The notes under the pieces were generated by a model that was given only the letters and a program-made list of their open reading frames with translations, did not search any database and was not told the DNA's origin. Shown here piece after piece: positions 30,903-41,199 of a stretch of DNA of 64,000 nt; position 1 is the stretch's first letter; each line of letters opens with the position of its first letter. The DNA is from Pelagomonas calceolata (lineage: Eukaryota): positions 1,302,001 through 1,366,000 of the forward strand of contig CAKKNE010000003.1 in assembly GCA_918797485.1 (NCBI GenBank), given 5' to 3'. The position numbers were made by a program, and so were the translations under genes.

Positions 30903-32483
30903 TTACTCAGGAGACCACATCCTCCGCGGCATGGTAAGATCTGGCAGAGCGACCGCATCCTTCGCTTTCGGCGCTCGAAAGGCGGTGGCCTCGGCGCGTA
31001 GCGACGGCGACCAGTCAGCGCGATTCGCGTCCAACCACGAGCGATCGGTGAACGCGTCACAGGAAAGTTTCGCATCAACCTTTGCTAAACGAGCAAAACC
31101 ATCATCGCCGCGCGCACCAACACGGCGCCGCTTAACTTTGGCATCGCCTGCAAACGAATAGTCCTCGTCCGCGGCGCCGGCCCCGTCGGATTCCAACTCG
31201 TACCTGTGAGGACCAGTGAGTCAGGTTAACGATATAAATTTGATTCTACGTCGAGCTCGTACCAGAGGAATTGCGTATTCGTCTGTTGAGTTACATAAGG
31301 GTTCTTTGGGTCCAGGCCCACGGAAAACGCTGCGAGGCCGCGGGCCGCCGCCGCCCGGTCCTTGGCCAAGTTATCCGTCTTGGCCTGTGCGCAAATCAAC
31401 CAGTGAGTCGGGTGTGCGTCGCGTCAAAAATTTGATTCGTGCACTGCCGCGGACGTCGTCGGCGACGATCCGTGCCGTCGCGTCGTCGACGTAGGTCCTC
31501 AAGCGAACGCAGCCCGTCTCCCACAGGGCAGACGCATCTACGGCCTGACCCTTAGAGGCCAGTTTGGCAGCAAGCGCCAGGTGGAGCTCGGCATCCTTGC
31601 GGCTTAACTCCTGGAGCAACGGGATGTCGTCGGGGTTGTTCGTGCGCGGATTGCTCTTCTGCGCAAATATACGACGGCTCTCCGTAGATCCCGCCTCGTC
31701 TCCGGCACCGAGCAAAGCGAGCGCTCGGTCCGCACCAGCGTTTCGTGCTCTTATAGCGTCTCCAACGCGATCGTGGGCCTTTTCAGCACTTCCGAACGCA
31801 GCGGCCGCTGCCGCATAATCTCCTTCGCGCAGAGCCGCTCGCCCGAGCAGCTCGTAGGTAAACGGGTTCTTCTGCTCAAGGTTCTCCAAGTTGTCGTCCA
31901 GTGCCAGTGCCGCGGCGGCGTCCTCGCGGGCCGCCGACCAGGCGCTGCGCGCGAATTCGAGCCTCGCTCGGAACAGCAGCGCCCGGGGTAGTTCAGCCGG
32001 GTCGGCCGCGGCGGCGCCCGGGCCGCGGAGCAGCCGCACTACCTCCGTCAAGTCCGCCTCTGCTTTGTCCGGGGCGCCCAAGCGATTGCGGGCGTCGGCA
32101 CGCAGCCGATACAAACCAGCTAATTCATCGTCCGGCAGTTTCTCGCTCTTCCAGGTGGTGATGGCCTTGTCGAGCTTTGCGACGGCGTCGGGCTTCTGCT
32201 GAGATGACGACTCCAGCGCGCTCTGCACTATTTGCAGCGCTGCTGGCGACGGATCGATGGCATAAGCTGGCACTGCCGTTGCTGAGAGAATGCCGGCTAG
32301 CAGTGCTGCTTTTGCGATGCATTTTCGATCGGTGCGCGTTGTTGAAGGGTGCTGAGTGCACAGTGCTGGCGCGGCTGCATGTGCCGCATGAATGCATTCA
32401 TGGCTAAGTACTGGTCGTGCTGGCACACGCTGCACCCTGAGCGCTCTGACGCCCAAGCTGAGCAGCAGACAGCGCCTCATCAT
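30903..32483 (-). CDS. TPR-like protein with plastid/lumen-type leader; exons 32483-31455, 31384-31263, 31203-30903
   Basis: Two GT-AG introns join three frames without stops; leader ends AVPAYA; TPR-like helices. Confidence 0.72.
31204..31262 (-). mobile_element. Highly eroded introner-derived intron (59 nt)
   Basis: TSD GTACGAGC/GTACGAGT; remnants GAATCAAATTT and GACTCACTGG..CACAG. Confidence 0.7.
31385..31454 (-). mobile_element. Internally deleted introner intron, subfamily B (70 nt)
   Basis: Ends CTGTGCGCAAATCAA and TTGATTCGTGCACTG; TSD not preserved. Confidence 0.82.
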
Positions 32484-32516
32484 CGTGCATGCGCCGCTGC
32501 CGATGCTGCTGCATTC

Positions 32517-32539
32517 CTAGTGTCTTACAGTCCGCTAGC
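32517..32539 (+). promoter_or_regulatory. CTAG-box intergenic motif
   Basis: CTAGTGTCTTACAGTCCGCTAGC in a divergent spacer. Confidence 0.72.
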
Positions 32540-32891
32540 TCTCGCACTGTTTTTCAGGTTTCGCACGAGACCGTAACGCGCGTACGTTCAGCCATACTCA
32601 CTGGCGGGGTTTCTATCGGAGTGAAGCTAAAACCGTGCCACTGCTCTCTGAATTAAATAACATTGACTCAGGATTCCTGGGAGGCTAGTTTAGGACTTTG
32701 GTCGACTGCAGCGATCGCGCCGGTGTGAGAGACGATGCCGCTCAGGCTCGGAATTTTCGGGAGCACTGTCATAAAACGGCGTCCGAGTTTACGCTCCACC
32801 AAACGATCGCGTCGCCGCCCCGCCCCGCCACCGTCCGGCAAAACTTGGATACACGACAACGACGCCGCGTAACGCGCAGGCGGACAAATTT

Positions 32892-33277
32892 ATGGCCCTC
32901 GCGAAGGAGTCCGAGTCCTTCGACGAATATAGCATCGAGAAGCGCGGCAGCAGCGTCCGCCTCGAAAAGCAAATTGGCCAGTTCCAGTGCTCCTTCTGCT
33001 CGGAAGAGACGGACTTCTACGACATACAATTCGAGGACACGCACTGGTCCGTGGTCCCGCGACAAAACATGAGCCCCTCCGGAAGACGCATGACGGCCGA
33101 GGAAGTCGAGGAACTGGAGCGGCTCCAGGCCGCGGTCACTCATCTCAAGGTGAAATTCTGTGCGGAAATTTATGGCGCGCTCACCCCCACGCCATCGACG
33201 CGACACAGGTCAAGTTCGACCTCATCAACAAGGGCCAGGTCTCCAAGTCGAAGAGCACGCGCAACGCGAGCCTATAG
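32892..33277 (+). CDS. Small hypothetical protein; exons 32892-33149 and 33209-33277
   Basis: Frames join at THLK|VKFDLINK across a 59-nt intron. Confidence 0.65.
33150..33208 (+). mobile_element. Eroded introner intron, subfamily A in reverse orientation (59 nt)
   Basis: TSD GTGAAATT/GTCAAGTT. CTGTGCGGAAATTTATGGCGCG and CCACGCCATCGACGCGAC match the reverse complement of the 19965-20129 copy. Confidence 0.8.
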
Positions 33278-33295
33278 AAGTACTATAAGTAAGTG

Positions 33296-35863
33296 TTATT
33301 GCCCGAGCCCGTCGTAGCACGTACAGCCGACCGCGTTTTCGATGGTATCATCAGCCCCTTGCTGAATCAAATATTCGGCCAATGTCCCCTCGGAGTCGTA
33401 CGCCATGGCGAAGTGCAGCGCGGTGTTGCCCGACGAGTTCCGGTGGTTCACGTCGCAGTTCCGATTAATCAGCATCTCGCACATCTTCAGATTTAAGTTT
33501 TGCGCGGCGCACATGAGTAAAGTGTTGCCCTTTTCGTCTTCTTTGTCCACCGGGAACCCGAGGTTCAGCGACTCGCCGAGGCGCTTCACGCGGCCGTTCC
33601 TACATTGACTGAACACCACGTCCGTGGCAGGCATGGCCACGCCGTCCCGCTCCCGTTCCGCGTGCTCCTCCCGCAAGACGAGGGCCTTTTTGACGTGGTC
33701 CGTCTCGGACAGCGGTCGCAGTTTATCTCGTCCCAGGATGACCTTCCGCACGTGCAGCTTGTGCTCCATGCCCAAGACTTGCACCAAGTCCTCCTCGCGT
33801 AACTCGAGCAAGAAGTCGCCGTCGACCGAAGCTTCTCGGAACGCGTCCTTGTACTGGCCCAAAGATAACGTATCCAACCATCTGGCAACGTCCGACACAG
33901 ACCACAGCCGCATCTCGGGAGGGAAGGGCTCGGCCTTCGACCGTTTAGCCTCCTGCTCGGCCAACCGAGCAGCTGCTAATTCAGCCTGCTTCTTCTTGAG
34001 CGTGCCCATGGCCACGTCCTCGGCCCCCAGCTTCATGTGTTTTATGCTAGGGACGTTCGCCGCCGTTGCCGCGGCTGCTGCTGCCGCGGCGGCGTCCGCT
34101 GATGAGGCCACTGCGGCAGTGGTGGTATCAGCGTTCATCTCGCGCAGCTGCTGGAGCATATTTAACGAAGAGAAATAGGACAAGGACATGGACATGAACT
34201 GGAACTTCATCAATTCTTCCGTCTGGTTGAACATGGTCGCGGCGCGTTTTTCGTGCTCCTTTGCCCGTAAGGCGGTCGCTGTGGCCGCGGCGGCTGACGT
34301 CGCCGTCGCCGTTTCTAGCTCAATACCTTTTTCTCGTAGCGTATCCAGCTCATATTTCTGCTCTTGGAGTAACTCCATGAGGTTCCTTTGCAGTCTTGAA
34401 AACTCCCTATCTTTCCTCACTCGTGTAGCATCCATGTCGGCGATTGACACTTCCAGCCGCTCCAGAGCATGTTTCTTGCGCGACACCTCCTGGAACACGG
34501 CGGCGAACTCCGCTTCGAGCTCCTGGCGCTTCCTTTCCCTCTCGGCTCGCTTTCTGTGAATAGCCACCTCCAACGCATGCGCGTCCGCCTGCAATCGTCT
34601 CTCAGCAGTCGACGTGCCCGGCTCGTCGTCGACGTCCTGCGACGGTGCCAACAGAGCATCGTCATCCATGGACGGGTGCCCTTCCGGCAACAGAGCCAAC
34701 ACGTCAGGAGGCTTGCCCGAGCCCATGCGCGGCGGTTCTCCGGTCGACGCGATGCCCGCCGCACCCGTGATTTTGAGCTGCAACACTTCTCGTTCATGCG
34801 TCAGTTCATGCAAATCCCGCTCGATCTGGTCGATTTCTTGGAGTTCCCGCTCTAACACAGCTAGTTCCTTCTCTGATTCTCGTAGTTCCGCATGGATATG
34901 CGACACGCGATTCTCGGCCTTCTCCTGGGACCGGTGCAAGGCGTCAATCTCCTCCTGCTGCCTTTCAAACGCTACTTTAGATTCCTCGATGAGTCGCAGT
35001 CCCAGTTTTAACCTCTCGGGACCCGGCTCGGCATTTTCCCAGTCTCGTCGTCTATGTGTTCGTCGTCGTCCCAGATGGCCTCGGTACACCCTCTCAATCT
35101 CGAGAGCCGCGACCATGTGCACCCTTAATAACTGGAACTCCTCCCTCGTGACCTTCATGCGCCAAGCAGCTTGTATTTTACAAGCGCTTTCAGCTCTTAA
35201 TCGCAAGTGTTCGAGGCGCGCCCGTTCCATGCTTGCGACGTGCCGTCCCCGACAGCCCCGATACCACCGCTGCATCAGCGCGATCGCGGCGCGTTCGCGT
35301 TTTATCCTCGCGATCTCCCGGCCGAACATGCCTCTTACAATGCGCTGGATATGTGTGGCAGAAGCCCCAAGCACCAGATTCCTAGTCTCGAGCTCATGAA
35401 ACATGCGCACGAACCGCCTCCCGAGCGCGCCGCGGATGGCCCTTTGTATACGCAATGCCGCCTTCGCCTCCTCGACGACCCTCTCAAACCGCTCCCGCGC
35501 CTCGTTCGCCTCCCGCTTCCCCGAAACCATGCGCGCCATGCCCTGGATGCGCCGCGCCATCTCGCCGAACAAATCGAGTTGCTCCTGCATCATCATACCC
35601 TGGAGCTTTTCTTCCCGTTCCACCTGCGCCGTCTCCATTTCTCTTTTGACTTCCCGGTCTCTTGCTGGTGGCGGCATGCGATTAAAGTCCCGTAAGGTTC
35701 GGACGACGTGGGGCTGCGCTCCCCTCGCATGCTGAGAGACCGGTGCCAACAACAAAGCGTCGTCGACGCTGTCGAGGAAGTCGTCGACGGACGCCATGCG
35801 CGACGGCGTCTCGTTCGGTTCGTAGTCCAGGCCCCGGCGGCTCGAGCGCTGCTGGTCTGCCAT
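33296..35863 (-). CDS. IQ-motif, coiled-coil, SAM and ankyrin-repeat protein
   Basis: IQRAIRGALGR and IQRIVRGMFGR; SAM (WSVSDVARWLDTLSLGQYKDAF..VDGDFLL); ankyrin (GNTLLMCA, GNTALHFA). Confidence 0.88.
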   Translation of the reverse strand: MADQQRSSRRGLDYEPNETPSRMASVDDFLDSVDDALLLAPVSQHARGAQPHVVRTLRDFNRMPPPARDREVKREMETAQVEREEKLQGMMMQEQLDLFGEMARRIQGMARMVSGKREANEARERFERVVEEAKAALRIQRAIRGALGRRFVRMFHELETRNLVLGASATHIQRIVRGMFGREIARIKRERAAIALMQRWYRGCRGRHVASMERARLEHLRLRAESACKIQAAWRMKVTREEFQLLRVHMVAALEIERVYRGHLGRRRTHRRRDWENAEPGPERLKLGLRLIEESKVAFERQQEEIDALHRSQEKAENRVSHIHAELRESEKELAVLERELQEIDQIERDLHELTHEREVLQLKITGAAGIASTGEPPRMGSGKPPDVLALLPEGHPSMDDDALLAPSQDVDDEPGTSTAERRLQADAHALEVAIHRKRAERERKRQELEAEFAAVFQEVSRKKHALERLEVSIADMDATRVRKDREFSRLQRNLMELLQEQKYELDTLREKGIELETATATSAAAATATALRAKEHEKRAATMFNQTEELMKFQFMSMSLSYFSSLNMLQQLREMNADTTTAAVASSADAAAAAAAAATAANVPSIKHMKLGAEDVAMGTLKKKQAELAAARLAEQEAKRSKAEPFPPEMRLWSVSDVARWLDTLSLGQYKDAFREASVDGDFLLELREEDLVQVLGMEHKLHVRKVILGRDKLRPLSETDHVKKALVLREEHAERERDGVAMPATDVVFSQCRNGRVKRLGESLNLGFPVDKEDEKGNTLLMCAAQNLNLKMCEMLINRNCDVNHRNSSGNTALHFAMAYDSEGTLAEYLIQQGADDTIENAVGCTCYDGLGQ

Positions 35864-36122
35864 GGCTCCTGGGCAGCCCGTGGGTGCCCCTCCCCGGGCG
35901 AAACGGCTGCCCGCTGCTTGGACGCGTTATAGTTCGAGCTGGGGCGCGGCTTTTTCGCTTCCGGCAGCTCCCCGGTTGGGCCCCAGGCGGCGCTATTGCT
36001 CCCTCTCCCAACAGGGCGTTGGTCCTAGAGGGGGCCGCGAGCCACCGCGGGAGCCGCTCTCCGACTCCGTCTGCTCTTGCCTATGGATGCCTGTAGTGAG
36101 AAACGGGTTCCGGAGGCCACTT

Positions 36123-36146
36123 GCTAGTGTCTTACAGGCCGCTAGC
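36123..36146 (+). promoter_or_regulatory. CTAG-box intergenic motif
   Basis: GCTAGTGTCTTACAGGCCGCTAGC in a divergent spacer. Confidence 0.75.
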
Positions 36147-36338
36147 TCGACTAGCCCGGCTCGAGCAAAAACTCAGGCTGGCACGGCGTAACCGTCTTCA
36201 TTTATCACTCTGAGAGCGGCAAATCATTCCTGTACGTGCCTGCTTCGAGTGCTTTGAACGCTCGGGCAAGAATAAGGCAGTGCAGAGCCTGCACACTGCA
36301 TTGAGCTGGCGTCGCATACGTCGTCGCTGCGATAAGCC

Positions 36339-37067
36339 ATGGCCCAAGCGACCTTCGCCCAGAAGGCCGCCAAGACGACGCTCTTCGGCGGTTTGGTCGG
36401 TGGCACGTTCTCGCTCGGCTGCTGGCAGACGCAGCGCTACGGCTGGAAGACGGAATTACTGGAAAAGCGGCGCGAGAACCTGTTGAAGGCGCCGCTGCCG
36501 CTGCCGGCGGGCGCGACAACGTCATCGCTCCCCCCGGACCTCGCGGAGCGCGGCCGCCGCGTCGTCGTGTCTGGCTCGTATCTAGCAGAAAGGACCGTGA
36601 AGGTCGGGCCGCGGTCGCCGCCGCCCGGCCTCTTCGAGCGCGCGCCTGGTTTAGGAACGGGTCCGCAGGGCTTCACGAACATCACGGTCCTGCGACGAAA
36701 AGACGGCTCCGAGGTGCTCGTGGATAGGGGATGGTCTCCTAGAGGTATGGAAACGGCGTGTCCCACTACTACGTGTGAGGTAGTCGCTGTGAACTCGCCC
36801 GGCGAGACGAAGGGCACCTTCTCGCCCGAGAACACCGATAAACACTGCCTCTGGGTCGACCTGCCGTTTCTGCGGAAGCGTTTAAAGGTTGCCGACGACG
36901 CTTTATTGCTGTGCGCCTGCCCGAGCGACAGTAGAGAGGAATGGCCTAAACCGCGCGCGCCCGAGCACCTCGTCACGGCGGCCGTGACGCCGCAGACGCA
37001 CGCGGGCTACGCCGCGACGTGGTTCGCGCTCTCGGCGGCGGGCGCGGCGATGTGTGTGTATATCTGA
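36339..37067 (+). CDS. SURF1: SURF1 cytochrome c oxidase assembly factor
   Basis: TFSLGCWQTQRYGWK, VLVDRGW, HAGYAATWFALS. Confidence 0.92.
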   Translation: MAQATFAQKAAKTTLFGGLVGGTFSLGCWQTQRYGWKTELLEKRRENLLKAPLPLPAGATTSSLPPDLAERGRRVVVSGSYLAERTVKVGPRSPPPGLFERAPGLGTGPQGFTNITVLRRKDGSEVLVDRGWSPRGMETACPTTTCEVVAVNSPGETKGTFSPENTDKHCLWVDLPFLRKRLKVADDALLLCACPSDSREEWPKPRAPEHLVTAAVTPQTHAGYAATWFALSAAGAAMCVYI

Positions 37068-37072
37068 TTCTA

Positions 37073-37123
37073 GTTGCTTTGTTTAGAGCTAGGCCGCCTA
37101 GCCACCAGCCGCCGCGGGTCTGC
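37073..37123. repeat. ~50-bp dispersed repeat, copy 2
   Basis: GTTGCTTTGTTTAGAGCTAGGCCGCCTAGCCACCAGCCGCCGCGGGTCTGC. Confidence 0.85.
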
Positions 37124-37176
37124 GTGAACGCATGCCCGCCCCCGCCCCCGGCCCTCATACGCCGTCGCCCCGAGTG

Positions 37177-37835
37177 TTAGCTCGGAGGTCCGGGTAGTTC
37201 AGCGCACCGATGCGGGGGCCGCCGGAGGGAATCCGGCGACGCGACCTCAAAAGACGGGACTCGCGCGGCGAGCGCGTCGAAGGTACTCCGGAGAAGGAAA
37301 TCGATAGCGTCGGGCGGTGCGGCCGCACACTGCCCTCTGGGTGCCCGGCACGCGTGGCCGAAGGTCAGCGCCCCGACGGCGCGCGCGCCGGCGCGCTGGA
37401 GCCGCTCGACGGCCGGCGTGGACGGACGCTCGGGCGTCGCGCCGGTCGCGTTCCGCAGGAAGTCTAGGAGCGAGAAGTGGCGCCGCCGCCAGCGCGACGC
37501 GAATGCCTTCTCGGGGATTCGTAGCACTGCGGACTCGACGTCGACGTGGCCCGCGAAGGGCAGGACCATTTTGTCCGAGATGATTATAGGTATGCAGCCC
37601 GCCGCGAGCGTAGAAAACAAACCTGTGCACAAATCAACCAGTGCGTCGGGTACGGTGACGCGCAGTGTTGGCTGAAACGATCGGTGAGACCACACGGACG
37701 CGCCGCGACAATTTGATTTATGCACTGAAACAAAACGCTTCGTGTGCGCGGAGTCGCCGCGCGGGCAGGGGCAGAAGACCGATGCGCCGTAGAGAGCTCC
37801 AATGTCTAGTTTCGCGTTGAGTCCGCGCCAGTCGT
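37177..37835 (-). pseudogene. Exostosin/GT47 glycosyltransferase C-terminal fragment (5'-truncated)
   Basis: Spliced sequence SVFCPCPRGDSAHTKRLFSTLAAGCIPIIISDKMVLPF; no GT47 N-terminus upstream. Confidence 0.7.
37623..37736 (-). mobile_element. Introner intron, subfamily B (114 nt, in frame, stop-free)
   Basis: Ends CTGTGCACAAATCAA and TTGATTTATGCACTG; TSD AAACAAAC/AAACAAAAC; interrupts the GT47 motif. Confidence 0.88.
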
Positions 37836-38321
37836 ATGCTGCGGCGCCTTGGCGACTCGAAACGCAACACGCTCGCCGCACAGAGCAATCTTGCAAACAC
37901 GTATCAAAGCGTTGGACGGTTTGAGGAAGCCAACCGCATGATGCGAGACGTATACGCCGGAAATTTGAAGCTCTATGGCGAGGAACACCAAGAGACACTT
38001 GAAGTAGCCATCAACTACGGGTTCTCGCTAGGTCAACTAAAGCGATTTGAAGAGGCTAAATCACTCTTGCGCAAAGTGATGCCCGTGGCGCGACGGGTTC
38101 TTGGCGCAAGGAATGAAAATACGCTCAAAATGCGGTGGCTTTACGGGCGGGTGCTCTACAGGGCCCCCGGCGCCACGCTCGACGATCTCCGCGAGGCCGT
38201 GACGACGCTCGAGGAGACGGCAGGGATCGCGCGGCGCGTGTTTGGGGGCGCGCACCCGCTCACAAATTGGATTGAGGAGGAATTTCCGGACGCACGAGCC
38301 GCGCTCGCTTCGCGCCCGTGA
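37836..38321 (+). pseudogene. Kinesin-light-chain-type TPR fragment, probably the 3' half of a MYND-RING-TPR family gene
   Basis: SNLANTY..GRFEEA, LYGEEHQETL, ARRVLG and ARRVFGGAHP; similar to the TPR region of 58570-60063. Confidence 0.65.
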
Positions 38322-38443
38322 GACGCCGTCGCCGCGCTAGCCAACGTTCTAGCCAATGCGCACTATTACAATAACATAAATAACAAAACCAAGGGAAGGA
38401 ACATCCTAGGTATCAGAAGAAAAAAACACAACAAGTTAGCTAT

Positions 38444-39730
38444 CTAATCGCAAGCATCCAGCGCCTCCGTGTCGACGTTGAACACGGCCTGGTCGAAGCG
38501 GTCGAGGAGCACCTCGAGACCCAACGGGTCGCCGGCGGCGCACCAGTTCCGCAACCTCGCGCGCCATGCGTCCCGGTCGGGCGGAGAACCCATCCGTGCG
38601 ACCACAACCCTATTGATGTCGTCATCGGTCGGATCACAAATACGGATGTCGTCGAAGACAGCGCGCAAATCTACCATCGCCTTTGAAAACGCCTTCTCCG
38701 AGCGCGCGACGATGTTGACAATGCACACGCCGCCGGGCCGGAGGACTCGCTTCACCTTTCGCAGGTAGGCCGGTTCCAGGAACGCGGACGGCGGGCAGGA
38801 CATGCCCAGGCTCGCGTCCTTCGCGTCTACATCGATTACCACGACGTCCGCTTCCGATACGTCATCGAACGCAGTCAGCCCGTCGCCGACGGTCACGTCG
38901 ACGCCGGCGCGACTGAAGCCGAACCAGCGCTCGGCGACGTCGACGACCGCTTCATCTAGCTCCACGACCCGGATCTTCACGGCTGGCAGGAGCGCTTGTA
39001 AAGCTGTCGCCAGCGCGCCGCCGCCGAGGCCGACCAGCACGACGTCTTCCACCGCTGTATCGAGTCGCGACGTCGCGACCGCCGCGAGGATGGCCCGATG
39101 ATACGCCGAACGCACGTCGGCGCCGTCGACGCGCCACTGCGCCTTGGCCTTGGACTTCTTCTTCTTGCCGTTCGACGTTTTGGGCGGCTTGACTTTTGAT
39201 ACGGCGACCTCGGTCTGGATGCTCCGCGGGTTGCTCCTGAAGAGCAGGCGCCGCAGCGTCCGCGACCCGTCCAAGACTTGCTCGACGACGTAGGCGTCGC
39301 CCGAGTCCATCGCGCCTGTCGCGACGACGTCTCGTCTGCCGAGGTCATTGCCTGCGGTCATGACTGGTACCGTTCCCGCACCAGGTGGCGCCAGGTCCTT
39401 GATCAGCGGTTCGAGCTCCCGCTGCACGGCCCGCACATCCCCATAGCTGTGGCCCGCGCGTTGCGGGTCCAGGTTCACGACAAGTAGTCGAGCGCATTTC
39501 GCGGATCCGGCCACTTGCTTTAAACCTTCATCGCTGCTGAAGACGAACTCGTGCTCCCGGCCGCGCGGCACGACAAAGCACGCGCACGGCGTCTGCGCCT
39601 CCTCGGCAACGTCCAGCGTTTTGATGGCGTAGCGCGGCCGCTCGTCGTCCGGGATTTGGACTGTGGTCGTGCGTCCCTTTTTTAATGGGGCTGCTGCGAG
39701 GGTCAGGGCGGCCATGGCTTGGGCAGACAT
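38444..39730 (-). CDS. METTL13: METTL13 C-terminal (spermidine-synthase-like) methyltransferase domain protein
   Basis: CACFVVPRGREHEFVFSSDEG, RRLLF..IQTE, VGLGGGAL, DVDAKD..GMSCPP. The N-terminal MTase domain is absent. Confidence 0.8.
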   Translation of the reverse strand: MSAQAMAALTLAAAPLKKGRTTTVQIPDDERPRYAIKTLDVAEEAQTPCACFVVPRGREHEFVFSSDEGLKQVAGSAKCARLLVVNLDPQRAGHSYGDVRAVQRELEPLIKDLAPPGAGTVPVMTAGNDLGRRDVVATGAMDSGDAYVVEQVLDGSRTLRRLLFRSNPRSIQTEVAVSKVKPPKTSNGKKKKSKAKAQWRVDGADVRSAYHRAILAAVATSRLDTAVEDVVLVGLGGGALATALQALLPAVKIRVVELDEAVVDVAERWFGFSRAGVDVTVGDGLTAFDDVSEADVVVIDVDAKDASLGMSCPPSAFLEPAYLRKVKRVLRPGGVCIVNIVARSEKAFSKAMVDLRAVFDDIRICDPTDDDINRVVVARMGSPPDRDAWRARLRNWCAAGDPLGLEVLLDRFDQAVFNVDTEALDACD

Positions 39731-39990
39731 GCTGCCTATTAGTTGCAGGCAGTGGCTGAATTGCTGCTTGTTGCAGGGGTGGGCTGTTGCAATGCAGTGG
39801 CTCAGCCTGACGTTGCAAGCAGTGGTTGTGGGCACGACTTTGTGACAAATTGTAACAGAACTTGACCGACGCTGCTCTTTTTTTGGCCTTTCTTGCGGCG
39901 ATTGCGGCCGGCTGCTCTCTGAAGCTACCCTAGGTAGCCCCTCTAGCCCACGAAAAACCTCCTCCCTGCTCATCACCGGTACCAAAACAA

Positions 39991-40770
39991 TTACACACCA
40001 CCAATCTCCCCGCCACTGTCCCGCGCCGCGAGCAACCGCACGGCCTTGCGCCGCTCCGACGCCTCGCGCTCGAGGCGCCGCTTCCGGAGCGCCGCGAACT
40101 CGTCGTCGCGGCCGCGCCGCCGCCGCGACCGGTCCCGGTCACGCCTTCGCCGTGACCGGTCCCGCGATCGTGAACGCCGCCGCCGCTCGCGCTCGGGCGC
40201 CGGCAAAGCAGGAGGCTGCGCGCCGCGCCGCGGGATGTGCACGAGCCCGCGCATCGGGTCCTGCTCGCGCCGCCGCCGGTCGTCGCGCGCCTGGCGCGCC
40301 GCGCCGCCCTTCAATGGTGGTGGCGCGGCTTCGGCCTCGGCGCCCGCGTCGACCTCCGCGGACGGCGCCGACGCGTACCAGGGCGCCGGCCCTTGCGGTT
40401 TGAGTGCGACTGGCGCGGCAAACATCCCGAGCCGTTTCCGTTCTCGCTCCTCGCGGCGCTGCTCCCGCTCGAACTCCTCCTCGGTCTTGCCGCCGAGGGC
40501 CGCGGCCGCCGCGCGCTCCTCCCGCGCGAAGAGGCGCACGGGCGTTGGTTCGGGCGCCGGCGCGGCGACGACGAGCGCTTCGTCGTTCTCGCCCGTCGCC
40601 CGGCGCTTCATCTCTTTGACTCTTTCGACGGCCGCGTCCTGGCGCTCTTTTTCCTCTTCTTGTGCCTCGCGCTCGGCCGCCGCGGCCTCGTCGCGGCGGA
40701 CGCGCTCGATGTTCTTCGGGTCCCAGACGTTCCATGATTTTTTGGGGAGGATTATTAGGCGGCCGGACAT
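39991..40770 (-). CDS. LENG1: LENG1-like (CIR N-terminal domain) splicing-associated protein
   Basis: ILPKKSWNVW..NIERVRRDE, PWY, DP, LRKRRLERE..ER. Confidence 0.8.
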   Translation of the reverse strand: MSGRLIILPKKSWNVWDPKNIERVRRDEAAAAEREAQEEEKERQDAAVERVKEMKRRATGENDEALVVAAPAPEPTPVRLFAREERAAAAALGGKTEEEFEREQRREERERKRLGMFAAPVALKPQGPAPWYASAPSAEVDAGAEAEAAPPPLKGGAARQARDDRRRREQDPMRGLVHIPRRGAQPPALPAPERERRRRSRSRDRSRRRRDRDRSRRRRGRDDEFAALRKRRLEREASERRKAVRLLAARDSGGEIGGV

Positions 40771-40930
40771 GGTGTTGTGCTATGCTGGGCTGCAGCGCGT
40801 CGGGAGGCGTTCAGCGCTTGGTTTGTTCGCTGAGGCGTGCGATGGGCTCGACAAATGCGACCTCTGGGGACGCTCCTTGGTCTCCCTGAGCCCGTTTAGG
40901 CTGCGCAAAAGCCTACGACAAAAGCCGTGA

Positions 40931-40952
40931 GCTAGCGTCACATGGACTCTAG
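40931..40952 (-). promoter_or_regulatory. CTAG-box intergenic motif (degenerate)
   Basis: Minus strand CTAGAGTCCATGTGACGCTAGC in a divergent spacer. Confidence 0.45.
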
Positions 40953-41199
40953 TTTTGCCACCTGTAACATTCGCAGCCTCACGGCCCGCGTAATAGCTCC
41001 CCGCACGGCCCGAGGCCTGTCGCCTGTTCATAGTACCCACGCTGTCCAGCGGGGTAGCTTGCTTGGCTCGCCGGCGTCCCCGCGGCGCCCAATAGCGAGT
41101 AGGCTCCTCCGGCGTCTTCGGCCGACCTGAGCGCATCCGAGCGCCGCCGCGCCGACTTGAGCTCCGCGTGAGGCCACAGCGCCGCCCGCGAGCGCCGAG

